From Oligoflexia bacterium (GTDB lineage: Bacteria > Bdellovibrionota > UBA1018): a stretch of 64,000 bases of DNA. Positions 45,041 to 55,164 of the stretch are shown here, in pieces. How positions within the stretch are numbered: the stretch's first letter is position 1; each line of letters opens with the position of its first letter. Position numbers and translations under genes: made by a program. The notes under the pieces are model-generated. The model searched no databases. It was not told the origin of the DNA and saw nothing but the letters and a program-made list of their open reading frames with translations. The DNA lies in the NCBI GenBank assembly GCA_963758495.1, contig CAVWVI010000003.1, positions 1,024,001-1,088,000 of the forward strand, given 5' to 3'.

Positions 45041-47452
45041 TTACGAGTCCAAACCAGATCCAATCCTTTTTTGCTTTCCCACTAAATCGCTTCGAACAGT
45101 AGTGGGAATTTCGATTAAAAACTGTGTCCCTTTTCCAAGCACCGAGCGGACTCGGATAAAACCATCATGATCATTCACAATACGCTTAGCAATTGAAAGC
45201 CCTAAACCTGTTCCTTCAGTTTTTGTAGAAAAATAAGGTTCAAAAACTCTTGCTCTGACTTCATCCGTCATGCCCAAACCATTATCCTCTACTTCTATCA
45301 CCGCCATTTGTAATTGCTCATTGTAATGAGTAGCAATATTAATTTTTTTATTATGCCCGGTAGGAAGCTCTGTAAGAACAGCTACCGCATTATCAAAAAG
45401 GTTAATGATCACTCTCTTAATTTGGTCTCTATCAAATTCAAAAACAGGAATTTTACTCTCCAAGTGGGCTTTCATGCTAATTTCGGGATGCCCTTGCTTA
45501 AAAAGAGCGATCACCTCAGTTAATGCAAGATTTAGATCATGAGGTGCAGGTGAAGCTTCAGGAAATCTTGCAAAACTTGAAAATTCATTCACCATTTCCT
45601 TGAGCTCATCTGTGTGCTTGATAATGGTCTCAGTACATTCCTTGAGAAGATCACCATCACGTCCTCGATGATCCCTAAACCGTCGCTGCAACCGTTGAGC
45701 GGAAAGCTTAATCGGCGTTAAAGGATTCTTGATCTCATGAGCAATACGACGGGCTACCTCACGCCATGCCATTTCTCTCTGCCCTTTTATTAAATGAGTC
45801 ATATCATCGATCACTACAACGACACCCCAATTCGCATCCCCTTGACGTAAAGAGGTCGCAACAGCAGCAAGGACTTTCAAACTTTCACCTGTTCGGAAGT
45901 TCCATTGGCTCACTTCAGGCAAAATTACGCCCCCCCCTTGCAAAGAAGCAGTCAATGCACGGCCAATGACTTCAATTAATGGAGAAACCTGCTCGGCCAA
46001 GACTTCAGTATATCTTTTATGAAGGGCATTCTCAGATTTGATTTCTAATAACTGGGCTACGGCTTCATTAAAGGTTGTAACCTCACCATTGTTATCAATA
46101 GCAATCACTCCAGTTCCAATATTGGCTAAAACGGCTTCCAGCTGCAATCTACGCTTTTCCAAATCTGCGCCTGCTTGAATCAAGCTTTCTCTATTTTCAC
46201 GTAAATCATGGGTCATTTTATTAAATGAATCTACTAAAACAGCAATCTCATCATGCCCAAAAGCCATGATAGAGACATCCAAGTTTCCAGCACCGACCGC
46301 TTGGGCGCCAAGAACTAAACGCTCGACAGGAACAGTGAGCTCCCGCGCCATGTAAAGACCAATCCAAATTGCTACAAAAATAATAACCAACGTAATCATG
46401 ATTAAGATCACTAAATACGTTGTTTTCATCGGATACTTTAGGGGATTGGTATCTTTGTAATCATCAAAAACACTTGCTATTTCATCAACTTTATTAACAA
46501 GACTCACCGGAATGTAAGAATCGACAACCAGAACTCCTACAATCGGATGAAAAGTTGTAAAATTCACATGCACTGGAACCAAACATCGGATTAAATCTCC
46601 CGTACCCACGTGCTGAATGACTGATACTTGTTCACCTGAGAAAGCTTTATGCAATAGGTCGAGTGCAAGGCGGGGATAGGGATAAAAATGATCAGAAATA
46701 GGCACACGCTGGGATAAAACACGTTCATCTAATGCATTGGCATAAAACTCTACCGCATCTAATGCCAAGAAATCCCGTTGAGAATTCAAATATCCCTCAA
46801 CCCAATTAGGAATTCGTGAAAATAAAATAGAATCACTCAAATCTTTTGATTCACTCAGCCGTCTGCCAACACCTTCCGACAAATGTTCCGCAAAATGCAT
46901 CGCTGTTTGATCCGTATTTCTATAATAGGTTCGCGTAATTTCGAGGGATGCTTGCAGCGTATTTTGGATTTTTAATGAAAACCATTTGTCGAAGCTGGAA
47001 TTAATGTACATTGCCGAAATAAGGAACAAGACAAGCGTAGGAATAATCGAAAACGCTAGAAATGCGATCACTAATTTGGTTTTAAGTCTTGCTCCTAAGA
47101 CTTTTCGACGACGTTCAATGAATAATTTTCCAATATTTCTAAAAACTAACCAAACGAGACCAATGAGAATGATGATATTTACGTTTAGCAATCCAAAAAA
47201 GAAGATCGAGTTGACAAATGGGAGCGTGTTTGAAATTTTTGTAAGCTGAAATTCAGCAAATGTCAGACTTATAAACAGGACTGCCAAGAAAACAATCAGA
47301 ATCCCTTCTCTTTTACGCTTGCGATGCTCCTTAAAATCTAAGGGAGGCATCTCTTTATTGGAGTCTGCAATAGTTTCTGGGCTAGCTAACTTATGATCCA
47401 TTTGATTTTTACTCTCATTCCCGGTTTTCGCACATCCTTGATCACCTCTCAA
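45041..47452 (-). CDS. ntrY: NtrY-like sensor histidine kinase (TM-HAMP-PAS-HisKA-HATPase); start possibly 47401
   Basis: AWREVARRIAHEIKNPLTPIKLSAQRL, FEPYFSTK, GTGLGL. Confidence 0.88.
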   Translation of the reverse strand: MRGDQGCAKTGNESKNQMDHKLASPETIADSNKEMPPLDFKEHRKRKREGILIVFLAVLFISLTFAEFQLTKISNTLPFVNSIFFFGLLNVNIIILIGLVWLVFRNIGKLFIERRRKVLGARLKTKLVIAFLAFSIIPTLVLFLISAMYINSSFDKWFSLKIQNTLQASLEITRTYYRNTDQTAMHFAEHLSEGVGRRLSESKDLSDSILFSRIPNWVEGYLNSQRDFLALDAVEFYANALDERVLSQRVPISDHFYPYPRLALDLLHKAFSGEQVSVIQHVGTGDLIRCLVPVHVNFTTFHPIVGVLVVDSYIPVSLVNKVDEIASVFDDYKDTNPLKYPMKTTYLVILIMITLVIIFVAIWIGLYMARELTVPVERLVLGAQAVGAGNLDVSIMAFGHDEIAVLVDSFNKMTHDLRENRESLIQAGADLEKRRLQLEAVLANIGTGVIAIDNNGEVTTFNEAVAQLLEIKSENALHKRYTEVLAEQVSPLIEVIGRALTASLQGGGVILPEVSQWNFRTGESLKVLAAVATSLRQGDANWGVVVVIDDMTHLIKGQREMAWREVARRIAHEIKNPLTPIKLSAQRLQRRFRDHRGRDGDLLKECTETIIKHTDELKEMVNEFSSFARFPEASPAPHDLNLALTEVIALFKQGHPEISMKAHLESKIPVFEFDRDQIKRVIINLFDNAVAVLTELPTGHNKKINIATHYNEQLQMAVIEVEDNGLGMTDEVRARVFEPYFSTKTEGTGLGLSIAKRIVNDHDGFIRVRSVLGKGTQFLIEIPTTVRSDLVGKQKRIGSGLDS

Positions 47453-47475
47453 TAGAGACTGAAGATCAATAACCC

Positions 47476-47501
47476 GCTCATGTGCAGCTCATGTGCAGCT
47501 C
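47476..47501. repeat. 11-bp tandem repeat (2.4 copies)
   Basis: GCTCATGTGCA GCTCATGTGCA GCTC. Confidence 0.8.
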
Positions 47502-47673
47502 TTTTCCATAGTACCAGTGTATCACGAAGCAATTCAGAGATCAGAATAGGAAGACTTGGGGCATCATCTGATCCAAATTTGGATCAAAATTTAGAAAATT
47601 TTTCTAAAATTGAATGGATCATTGAACATCTGGAGATCAAAAAATGAAAAAAATGAAAAAAAATGCAACTTGA

Positions 47674-47714
47674 GTGTGATCTTTTCTTGATATCACACGC
47701 TTTCAAGGTAACAT
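47674..47714 (+). promoter_or_regulatory. Sigma70-like promoter with an overlapping dyad
   Basis: TTGATA (47687)-N16-TAACAT (47709); GTGTGAT-N11-ATCACAC (47674-47698). Confidence 0.55.
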
Positions 47715-47763
47715 GAAAGTTGAGCGTTGCAATTCAGTAGATGCTCTAACGGAGGAAATAGAG

Positions 47764-47835
47764 ATGGCCACAAAAAAGAAAGCCACGAAAAAGAAAGCAG
47801 TAAAGAAGAAGACTACTAAAAAGAAGAAAAAGTAA
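47764..47835 (+). CDS. 23-aa Lys-rich microprotein (histone H1-tail-like)
   Basis: MATKKKATKKKAVKKKTTKKKKK*; GGAGG RBS upstream and terminator downstream. Confidence 0.8.
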   Translation: MATKKKATKKKAVKKKTTKKKKK

Positions 47836-47857
47836 TCTTCTCTCTTCTTAAATTCAC

Positions 47858-47887
47858 AAAAGCCCCAGGCTTCGGCTTGGGGCTTTT
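47858..47887 (+). terminator. Intrinsic terminator, probably bidirectional
   Basis: AAAAGCCCCAGGC-TTCG-GCTTGGGGCTTTT (cUUCGg loop). Confidence 0.9.
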
Positions 47888-47959
47888 GCGTTTCTAGACC
47901 ACCCTAAACAAAACCCCCAAATCGCCCGCCAGTACTTGCTTTACAAGCTGAAACATTCT

Positions 47960-49012
47960 CTAAATTTGATGAAGTTTTCGGCTTAATTCCCCAGGGAAGG
48001 AGGGCCCTCTATAAATCCAACCTGTATAGATCTGTATCAAATCGGCTCCCGCCGAAATTCTAGCCTTAGCTTCTCCTAAGGATGTAATACCTCCCACAGA
48101 AATGATTGGCTTTTGACTGGTCTGACGAACTTCAATCAGGCTTTTTCTGGAAAGTTCAGTCAATGGCCCTCCACTCCACCCGCCTTCAAGCTCTTTATTC
48201 CCTATTTTAGTTTTTCCACCCAAAGTATTTGTAAGAATCCATCCATCAATACCCCAATCCTCGAGTGCTCGGATGAGATCTATCAAATTTTGCCCACCCA
48301 GTTCAGGGGCTAGCTTTAATAAAAGTGGCGGTTTCTTTTTCCAACCTGAAATTAAGCCGAGTACTTCCTTAACAATGGGCTTTAATGCCTCAATCGTTTG
48401 GAGAGAGCGAAGCCCAGGTGTATTCGGAGAACTTACATTCAGAACTAAGTAATCCGCAATTCCATTAAATGCTCGTGTCGCCCGAACATAGTCCTTATGA
48501 GAATCTTCAATAGGCGTATCTTTATTTTTTCCTATATTCACGCCCACACGAAAATTTAACGGTAAATCTTCTTTGGCTTGAGTTACAAGTGAAGAAACCA
48601 CTTCTGCGCCCAGCCCATTAAATCCCATCCTATTAAAGAGAGCATGCTCCTTCGCGTTTCTAAAGAGGCGCGGAAAACTATTTCCAGGTTGAGGCCGAGG
48701 TGTCACCGTTCCTACTTCAGCAAAACCGAACCCAAGAGCAGGCAGTCCCGATAAAATTTCACCGTTTTTATCAAATCCTGCTGCAAGGCCTATTTTTGAT
48801 CGAAACTCCATACCGAAGACATAAGGCAGTGGAATAGCTTTTGAATCAGCTCCCTCTTTCAAGCTTGCGCCACTCACAATAGAGAGTGGAACCCGCCCCA
48901 AAAGAATCCCCACCTTCATACATCGAACTGTTAAATGATGGGCAGTTTCTGCATCGATTCGAAAAAGGAACCACTTGATCATCTTCCAAAGCAACACTCT
49001 GACTGAAATCAT
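47960..49012 (-). CDS. pyrD: Quinone-dependent dihydroorotate dehydrogenase (class 2)
   Basis: GLAAGFDKN, NRMGFN, NIGKNK, NVSSPNTPGLR, KLAP. Confidence 0.96.
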   Translation of the reverse strand: MISVRVLLWKMIKWFLFRIDAETAHHLTVRCMKVGILLGRVPLSIVSGASLKEGADSKAIPLPYVFGMEFRSKIGLAAGFDKNGEILSGLPALGFGFAEVGTVTPRPQPGNSFPRLFRNAKEHALFNRMGFNGLGAEVVSSLVTQAKEDLPLNFRVGVNIGKNKDTPIEDSHKDYVRATRAFNGIADYLVLNVSSPNTPGLRSLQTIEALKPIVKEVLGLISGWKKKPPLLLKLAPELGGQNLIDLIRALEDWGIDGWILTNTLGGKTKIGNKELEGGWSGGPLTELSRKSLIEVRQTSQKPIISVGGITSLGEAKARISAGADLIQIYTGWIYRGPSFPGELSRKLHQI

Positions 49013-49018
49013 AATTAT

Positions 49019-50380
49019 TTACGCCGTTCGCACCAACGATTGCATGAAAAAACCATCACAAGGCCCAGGCCCTAAATATCCACCTTCTTGAACAGTAAAT
49101 TTCGGATTTTCCGCTATAAATCGATCAATAACATGACGTGTTTCAGCTTGTCGAAAAGTACAAACTCCATAAATTAACCGACCCCCAGGAGCCACCAATT
49201 GAGAATACTGCGAGAGCAAGCGAAATTGAATTTCTGGCATTCGTGTCAAAACTTCTTTTGTTTGCCTCCATTTTATATCAGGATTTCTTCTCAAAACACC
49301 CCAGCCACTACAGGGAGCATCTACTAATACGATCTGTGCAGTCGCCTTGAACTGATGAATCGTTTCTAATTCGCTTCCTTCAGTTACATGTACGGCTTGA
49401 ATATTATTTAAACCCGCATGAGTCGCTCTTCGTCGCAAAGCTTGAAGCTTTACTTCAGAAGTATCATACGCATAAACCCGTCCTTTACCTTTTAATGCAT
49501 CTGAAATCGCTAAGGCTTTTCCACCGGCTCCAGAACAAGCATCGATCACTACCCAGGCGGGTGGATCTTTAGGAAGGGGAGGAGCAGGAAGTTCTAAATT
49601 TTGAATTTTTCCAGGGCGGTCTTTAAGTAAAGACCCATAGCGTTCTGGCCAAAGAGCAAATAGGGCCATAAATTGGGAACCCTCATCTTGAATCTCAAAT
49701 CCCCCTTTTTTATACCATTCAGTTCCCAAAACAGGCACATACCCCCCTAAGCGAATCCCTAAGGGTGTTAAAGTGGACAATTCTGCACGAACAGGTAAGG
49801 GTCCAGTTGATGTTAAACCGGCCAGTAACGCCTGTGCGCCCACTTTACGACTGGCTCTTAAACTCAGAGGAGCTTCTCGCCCCAGAGTATTCACTAAATC
49901 TTTCACGGTGGTCGCACTCCAGCTAGCTTCCCATTCCGAAATCATTTCAGGCGGAAAATCTTCCTTAAGAGGTTCACATTTAGCCCCACCTTGGGTCATC
50001 AATTCATAAATTCTCTCAGCCATAAGCTGAGCAGGTCGCCAATCAGGCAATTTTTTCTCATCTAAACTCCACGGCTCGCCTTCCATCACGCCCACCCCTA
50101 ATACTTCTGCTAAAGAAGCGGGTCTCAGTAAAATCGATGGCAAAATCTGGGCTAAAATACTTTTAATCTGTGGCGATTGCTTGGAAAGCCCCGAATCTAA
50201 GTGAATGCGACTGGTAAATAATCTAGTCCAAAGCTCTGAAAACCCCTTAAAAACTGCGGCCGCCTTTGCTTTTGGCTTCATTTCTTTAGGTTCGCTTGGC
50301 TTTTTAATTCGATAAGATTTCATTTTAGGTTTTAATTTATCTTTAGAACCGGCTTTAGAATTGGCTTTAGTATTTCGCAT
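49019..50380 (-). CDS. RsmB/NOP2-family RNA m5C methyltransferase
   Basis: IQDEGSQ, DACSGAGGK, VDAPCSGWG..RRNPD. Confidence 0.9.
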   Translation of the reverse strand: MRNTKANSKAGSKDKLKPKMKSYRIKKPSEPKEMKPKAKAAAVFKGFSELWTRLFTSRIHLDSGLSKQSPQIKSILAQILPSILLRPASLAEVLGVGVMEGEPWSLDEKKLPDWRPAQLMAERIYELMTQGGAKCEPLKEDFPPEMISEWEASWSATTVKDLVNTLGREAPLSLRASRKVGAQALLAGLTSTGPLPVRAELSTLTPLGIRLGGYVPVLGTEWYKKGGFEIQDEGSQFMALFALWPERYGSLLKDRPGKIQNLELPAPPLPKDPPAWVVIDACSGAGGKALAISDALKGKGRVYAYDTSEVKLQALRRRATHAGLNNIQAVHVTEGSELETIHQFKATAQIVLVDAPCSGWGVLRRNPDIKWRQTKEVLTRMPEIQFRLLSQYSQLVAPGGRLIYGVCTFRQAETRHVIDRFIAENPKFTVQEGGYLGPGPCDGFFMQSLVRTA

Positions 50381-50536
50381 GGCTACAACGTAAATAGATC
50401 AAGGCAAAATCACAACCCATATATGCGTCTCGATGTCCCTTTATTCATATTTAGCCCCTTGCCCTGAATGGGTCGCCATGTTAGCACAGCATTCACTCGA
50501 TGTTCATCGAGTAACAAAAATGAGTGGGGAAAAAAT

Positions 50537-51877
50537 ATGGATAAAATCTTTAGGCTCTATCGGTCTTCTATTTCTATTGGAGTATTTGCATTACAAGTCC
50601 TATTTGTCAGTCAATACGTCCTAGCCGCTGATATTCCGAATATCAATACAGACCTTAATTTTCGTTCTGTGGTTGAGGAAGCACTTGATACTCAACAAAG
50701 TAGCTTCAAGTTTAATCGAAATGGAACTATTCAACGGTATTTCTTAGGATATCAAGGTGACTATTTAATTACCCATGCACTCAGGCTCAACACCTTTGAA
50801 AAGCAAGTAACAGAAATGCTCAAACGGAAATTAACACAGAATCCAGATCCAACCGCTCATCACCAGTTGGAAATAGTCAATTATCTAAAGAGCCTAGAGC
50901 ATCTCAAAGGCACACCTCTCTCTATTGCCGATCTTAAACAATTGGAAGACCAAGCGAAAAGTGGGGAAGGAAGTAAATTTAAGAACTTCCTCAATAAAAA
51001 GGCAACTTACCAAGAAGAAGCTTCAGGAGATAAGCAAACCAAAAAATATTCCGTCTACGTGAATCAACGGCTCTATGCAGACCAACCGACTGTCACTGCA
51101 AAACTTGGCCCCTACTTTTCTTTTACTATTACACAAGGTCAAATCCCTGACATCAATAGAGATGAAGCTTTTCATGCGGCTATTGAAACTGTACTCGATC
51201 ATCAACAAACTACTTTCACATTTCAATCGGGCGAAACGGTGCAACACTATGCCGTAGATTATGGAAAAGACTTTTTCCTTGCGCAAACAACCCAGACAGC
51301 CACTTTCAAGAAAGTCATGTCGGAACTTTCTAGAGATCAAATACCGCAAGAAATTTCTCAAAAACTCAATCAGCTCGAAGATTTTTCAAAAATGGAGAAA
51401 ACCACCTCATCAAGAAAGCTATTTGTCGAAAAAGAGATCCAATTAGAGGATTCTTCTGAGGATTCGGAAGTCATTAAATATTCAACCCAGGATCAATCCA
51501 CTTTCACTTTAAGACTTTTAAAAAATCTCGAAGTGCCTGAAAATGATTCCCTACATGATGCGGATAAACGCGAGATAGCCCGACTCATTATTAAAAAACT
51601 AGAGGAAGAAATAGCAAAATGTCCTGAGCTGATGCAAATCAAGAACTCAATCGACATGGCTATCGACGAAAGAATGAATTCGATTGATCTTACTCAAGAA
51701 GAAACAGAGAAACTCAATTTGGTTCAATCACAACTTGAAGATACAGATAAAATGTTATTTCTGACTCAGATCATGCCTAAAATGAATTACAAAGCCACGG
51801 TAAACTACATACGGAAAGCACATCCCAGCTATTCAGAAGGCTTAATATTTGCGATTTTGAATCATATGGGAATTTAA
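50537..51877 (+). CDS. Secreted hypothetical protein with a ~170-aa internal duplication
   Basis: Signal peptide ending VLA-AD; repeat units start at 50633 and 51143. Confidence 0.7.
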   Translation: MDKIFRLYRSSISIGVFALQVLFVSQYVLAADIPNINTDLNFRSVVEEALDTQQSSFKFNRNGTIQRYFLGYQGDYLITHALRLNTFEKQVTEMLKRKLTQNPDPTAHHQLEIVNYLKSLEHLKGTPLSIADLKQLEDQAKSGEGSKFKNFLNKKATYQEEASGDKQTKKYSVYVNQRLYADQPTVTAKLGPYFSFTITQGQIPDINRDEAFHAAIETVLDHQQTTFTFQSGETVQHYAVDYGKDFFLAQTTQTATFKKVMSELSRDQIPQEISQKLNQLEDFSKMEKTTSSRKLFVEKEIQLEDSSEDSEVIKYSTQDQSTFTLRLLKNLEVPENDSLHDADKREIARLIIKKLEEEIAKCPELMQIKNSIDMAIDERMNSIDLTQEETEKLNLVQSQLEDTDKMLFLTQIMPKMNYKATVNYIRKAHPSYSEGLIFAILNHMGI

Positions 51878-51885
51878 ACCGTTCA

Positions 51886-51945
51886 GGCTTAGCTCAACCC
51901 CCTCCCCAGGAGGAGTTAATGATGAGGAGGGAGTTGGGCTAAGCC
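51886..51945. terminator. Long stem-loop after the hypothetical gene
   Basis: GGCTTAGCTCAAC-CCCTCC...GGAGGG-A-GTTGGGCTAAGCC; no T-tract. Confidence 0.5.
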
Positions 51946-51993
51946 AGCGTTTCACTCTTTACAAGCTTAGGAAGCATAGCTTAAGATATTGGC

Positions 51994-53139
51994 ATGATTA
52001 ATTTTTCTCTATCAGATGAGCAGCAACAACTTCAAGATCTTGCAAGAAAATTTGCCAAGGAAGAAATTATTCCTAAAGCCGCACACCATGATAAAACGGG
52101 TGAATTTCCCAGAGAAATTGCTAAAAAAGCATGGGAATTAGGCCTTATGAATACCCATGTACCTCAGGAATATGGTGGACTCGGGCTGGGAGTATTAGAA
52201 GGCTGTATCACCACTGAAGAACTTGCTTATGGATGTACCGGCATTGCAACTGCTATGGAAGCAAACGCATTAGCTGCCGCCCCTGTCATCGTTGCGGGAA
52301 ATGATGAACAAAAGAAAGAATTCTTAGGAAGACTCACTGCGGAACCCTTATTTGCTGCTTATTGTGTTACTGAACCCGGTGCAGGGTCTGATGTAAGTGG
52401 AATTCGAACGAATGCTAAAAAAGTGGGGACAGACTACATCATTAACGGTAGTAAAATGTGGATTACCAATGCAAGCGTTGCCAATTGGTATTTTGTTCTC
52501 GCCTATACTGATCCGTCTCTCAAACACAAAGGTATGAGTGGTTTTATCGTTCCTGCCAACACTCCAGGAATCAGTGTGGGTAAAAAAGAAATGAATTTGG
52601 GACAAAGAGCAAGCGATACACGCGGGATCACTTTTGAAGAAGTAAAAATTCCTGAAAAGTATAGACTGGGTAAAGAAGGAGATGGATTTAAAATAGCCAT
52701 GAGTGCATTTGATCATACTCGTCCCGCAGTTTCTGCAGGGGCGGTAGGACTTGCTCGTCGCGCCATGGATGAAGCCATCCAGTATTCCGTCACTCGCAAA
52801 ACTTTTGGACAACCTATCTCAGCTTATCAGGCTGTGAGTTTCATGATTGCAGATATGGCTAAAGACATTGAAGCCGCAAGACTGCTGGTCCACAAAGCTG
52901 CTTGGACCATTGATCAAGGTCAAAGAAATACGAAATTCGCAGCTTTTGCCAAAGCTTTCGCAGCTGACGTCGTAATGAAAGTCGCTATAGATGCAGTTCA
53001 AGTCTTTGGTGGATATGGCTACTCAGAAGAATATCCGGTTGAAAAGCTCATGAGAGATGCAAAAATTTATCAAATCTATGAAGGCACGAGCCAAATTCAA
53101 CGTTTGATCATTTCAAAAGAAATTTTCGAACGGGCTTAG
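51994..53139 (+). CDS. Acyl-CoA dehydrogenase, MCAD-like
   Basis: [50 protein letters not shown]. Confidence 0.95.
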   Translation: MINFSLSDEQQQLQDLARKFAKEEIIPKAAHHDKTGEFPREIAKKAWELGLMNTHVPQEYGGLGLGVLEGCITTEELAYGCTGIATAMEANALAAAPVIVAGNDEQKKEFLGRLTAEPLFAAYCVTEPGAGSDVSGIRTNAKKVGTDYIINGSKMWITNASVANWYFVLAYTDPSLKHKGMSGFIVPANTPGISVGKKEMNLGQRASDTRGITFEEVKIPEKYRLGKEGDGFKIAMSAFDHTRPAVSAGAVGLARRAMDEAIQYSVTRKTFGQPISAYQAVSFMIADMAKDIEAARLLVHKAAWTIDQGQRNTKFAAFAKAFAADVVMKVAIDAVQVFGGYGYSEEYPVEKLMRDAKIYQIYEGTSQIQRLIISKEIFERA

Positions 53140-54040
53140 GTTGAAGTTCGGATCTTGTTTTAAAAATGAATTCTCGCATTTTTGTAAAAACCCATTGAGG
53201 TTGTTCCAAATGGGGCCAATGTCCTGAGTCATCGTGAACAAAAATAGAAGCGTCTGGAAACCCTTGAACCATCTCTGTTCCTAATTCAAGGGAATTCATA
53301 GCGTCTTTCTTACCCCAAAGAAGAAGCACAGGCTGATTCATCTGCTGAATTGCGTTCTTCCAATAACGTTGCTCATAGTGAGAAGGCCAAGATTCGTCTA
53401 TCGCTTTAAGAGATTGCGACAAAAATTTTCGTGACTCGTTCTTTTCCCAGAGCTGTAGAAGCGCACTTTTAAAACTGGGCTGCACGTTGCCTGATTCATT
53501 CAAAAGTTGTCGTAACTTCCGGCGAATTCGCCAACCTTTCCATCCTATTTTAACTTTTTTCAATGATTGGCTTAATCCAATCGAATTCATTAATATTAAA
53601 GCAGCTACCTTCTCGGACTGCTGACGGGCACTCAACTGTGCAATTCCCCCTCCAATATCATGTCCAATCAAAATAACTTTCTCATCCAGAGATATAAATC
53701 GACGGAGTAACTCATTCACAAGTTGAGCATGATCAAGAAGTGAAAATGCACGCTCCCTTACAAAAAAGGAACGCCCAAAACCTGGGAGATCGAGAGTAAG
53801 ACATCGACACTGTGTCGATAATTCTTCGACCAAGGGATTCCACATTTCAGCTTGCCCGAATCTTCCATGCAAAAAGAGGAGCGAACTTCTCATCAAAGAC
53901 GTACCAGGCAGTGCCGGGTATTCAATAAGGGAAATACCGGAATTCTTAAAACTAAACCAATGCCTTCTCCCCCTACTCAACCCCATTCTCCTCACACTAA
54001 GTAAAGCAGTGAAAGGGTGCAAACATGGGACCATACGCAA
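53108..54040 (-). CDS. Alpha/beta hydrolase with Asp nucleophile (epoxide hydrolase/dehalogenase-like); start uncertain
   Basis: [26 protein letters not shown]. Confidence 0.8.
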   Translation of the reverse strand: MRMVPCLHPFTALLSVRRMGLSRGRRHWFSFKNSGISLIEYPALPGTSLMRSSLLFLHGRFGQAEMWNPLVEELSTQCRCLTLDLPGFGRSFFVRERAFSLLDHAQLVNELLRRFISLDEKVILIGHDIGGGIAQLSARQQSEKVAALILMNSIGLSQSLKKVKIGWKGWRIRRKLRQLLNESGNVQPSFKSALLQLWEKNESRKFLSQSLKAIDESWPSHYEQRYWKNAIQQMNQPVLLLWGKKDAMNSLELGTEMVQGFPDASIFVHDDSGHWPHLEQPQWVFTKMREFIFKTRSELQPKPVRKFLLK

Positions 54041-54063
54041 TTTGATTTAAAGTAAACAGTTCC

Positions 54064-55113
54064 TTAATTCTCTCCAGCGAGCAGGGAATTTAATATTCGA
54101 AGATAACTAGGATACCGCTCCAATGACTTCGCACAGCAGCCGGGTTCATTTAAATGAAGACACCCTTCTTGAGGACAATGAAGATCTCGAAATTCTCTAA
54201 AACAACTCGCAAGTGTCTGCGGGGAATTTTGAGATAATCCAAATTCTTTTACACCCGGGGTATCAATCCATCTTGATGCGCTTGGCCCCTCTAAGAGAAT
54301 TGCTCCTGTAGTTGTATGACGTCCCTTCCCCGTCTGAGGATTGACCTCAGCGACTCGACCCACATTAAAGCCAAGAAGCCCTCGAAGAAGCGACGTTTTA
54401 CCCACACCTGACTGACCACAAAACACGGCAGTTTTTTCCTTAATTTGCTCCAGTAATGAAGATAACCCCAATGACCGTTTTGAACTCACTTCAAAAACTC
54501 GATAGCCAAGCTTTTGATAAATATCCCAAGGCCTCCTTGCCATTGAATCTAGCAAATCGCTTTTTGTCATACAAATATAGGATTCAATTCCTTCGGCCTC
54601 TGCGGCTACCAAAAACCGATCTATCAGACCTGTTGTAAAAACAGGCTCTTGAATGGAAGCAACGATCACCAAAACATCGATATTTACCGCAAGTACATGT
54701 TGAATCTTGGTACCATCACGGCCAGGAGCAGGACGAGAAAGACAATTCTTTCTGACGCAAACACCCTCAATCACTCCATTGGATTCTCCCGAAGTACTCA
54801 CTAAGACCCGATCCCCCACTGCCACAGGAGTTCTTTCTCGAGTATTTTCTTTGGATTTACTCACCACTCCCGCTCGTCGATAATTACAAAGTAAATCGGA
54901 TTGATCCAAGTCTAACTTAATGCGGCATTGATTTGGGAACACTTCCGCAACGATTGCATTTGCCTCAGAAGGAGGCAAATCTAATGCACGTGCTATGATC
55001 TCTTTTTTTGGACGCGTGCTTAAACTCCTTGCATGAGAAGAATCTTCATCGTCCAACCAATCATCTGAATTTCCACGAAATTTCGGCGACATTTTCTTAA
55101 ACTCCAAACTCAA
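54064..55113 (-). CDS. rsgA: Ribosome small subunit-dependent GTPase A
   Basis: AVGDRV, TKSD, GQSGVGKT, GRHTTT, DTPG, CxxxxCxHxxEPGC. Confidence 0.95.
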   Translation of the reverse strand: MSLEFKKMSPKFRGNSDDWLDDEDSSHARSLSTRPKKEIIARALDLPPSEANAIVAEVFPNQCRIKLDLDQSDLLCNYRRAGVVSKSKENTRERTPVAVGDRVLVSTSGESNGVIEGVCVRKNCLSRPAPGRDGTKIQHVLAVNIDVLVIVASIQEPVFTTGLIDRFLVAAEAEGIESYICMTKSDLLDSMARRPWDIYQKLGYRVFEVSSKRSLGLSSLLEQIKEKTAVFCGQSGVGKTSLLRGLLGFNVGRVAEVNPQTGKGRHTTTGAILLEGPSASRWIDTPGVKEFGLSQNSPQTLASCFREFRDLHCPQEGCLHLNEPGCCAKSLERYPSYLRILNSLLAGEN

Positions 55114-55164
55114 TCATCTCAAAATCCGTTCGCTTGCTTTCTATTTTTAAGATATATTCAATCT

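Noticed and set aside
47395..47681. Replication origin oriC
   Set aside because: GATC-rich, but no DnaA boxes seen and no dnaA, gidA or parAB context.
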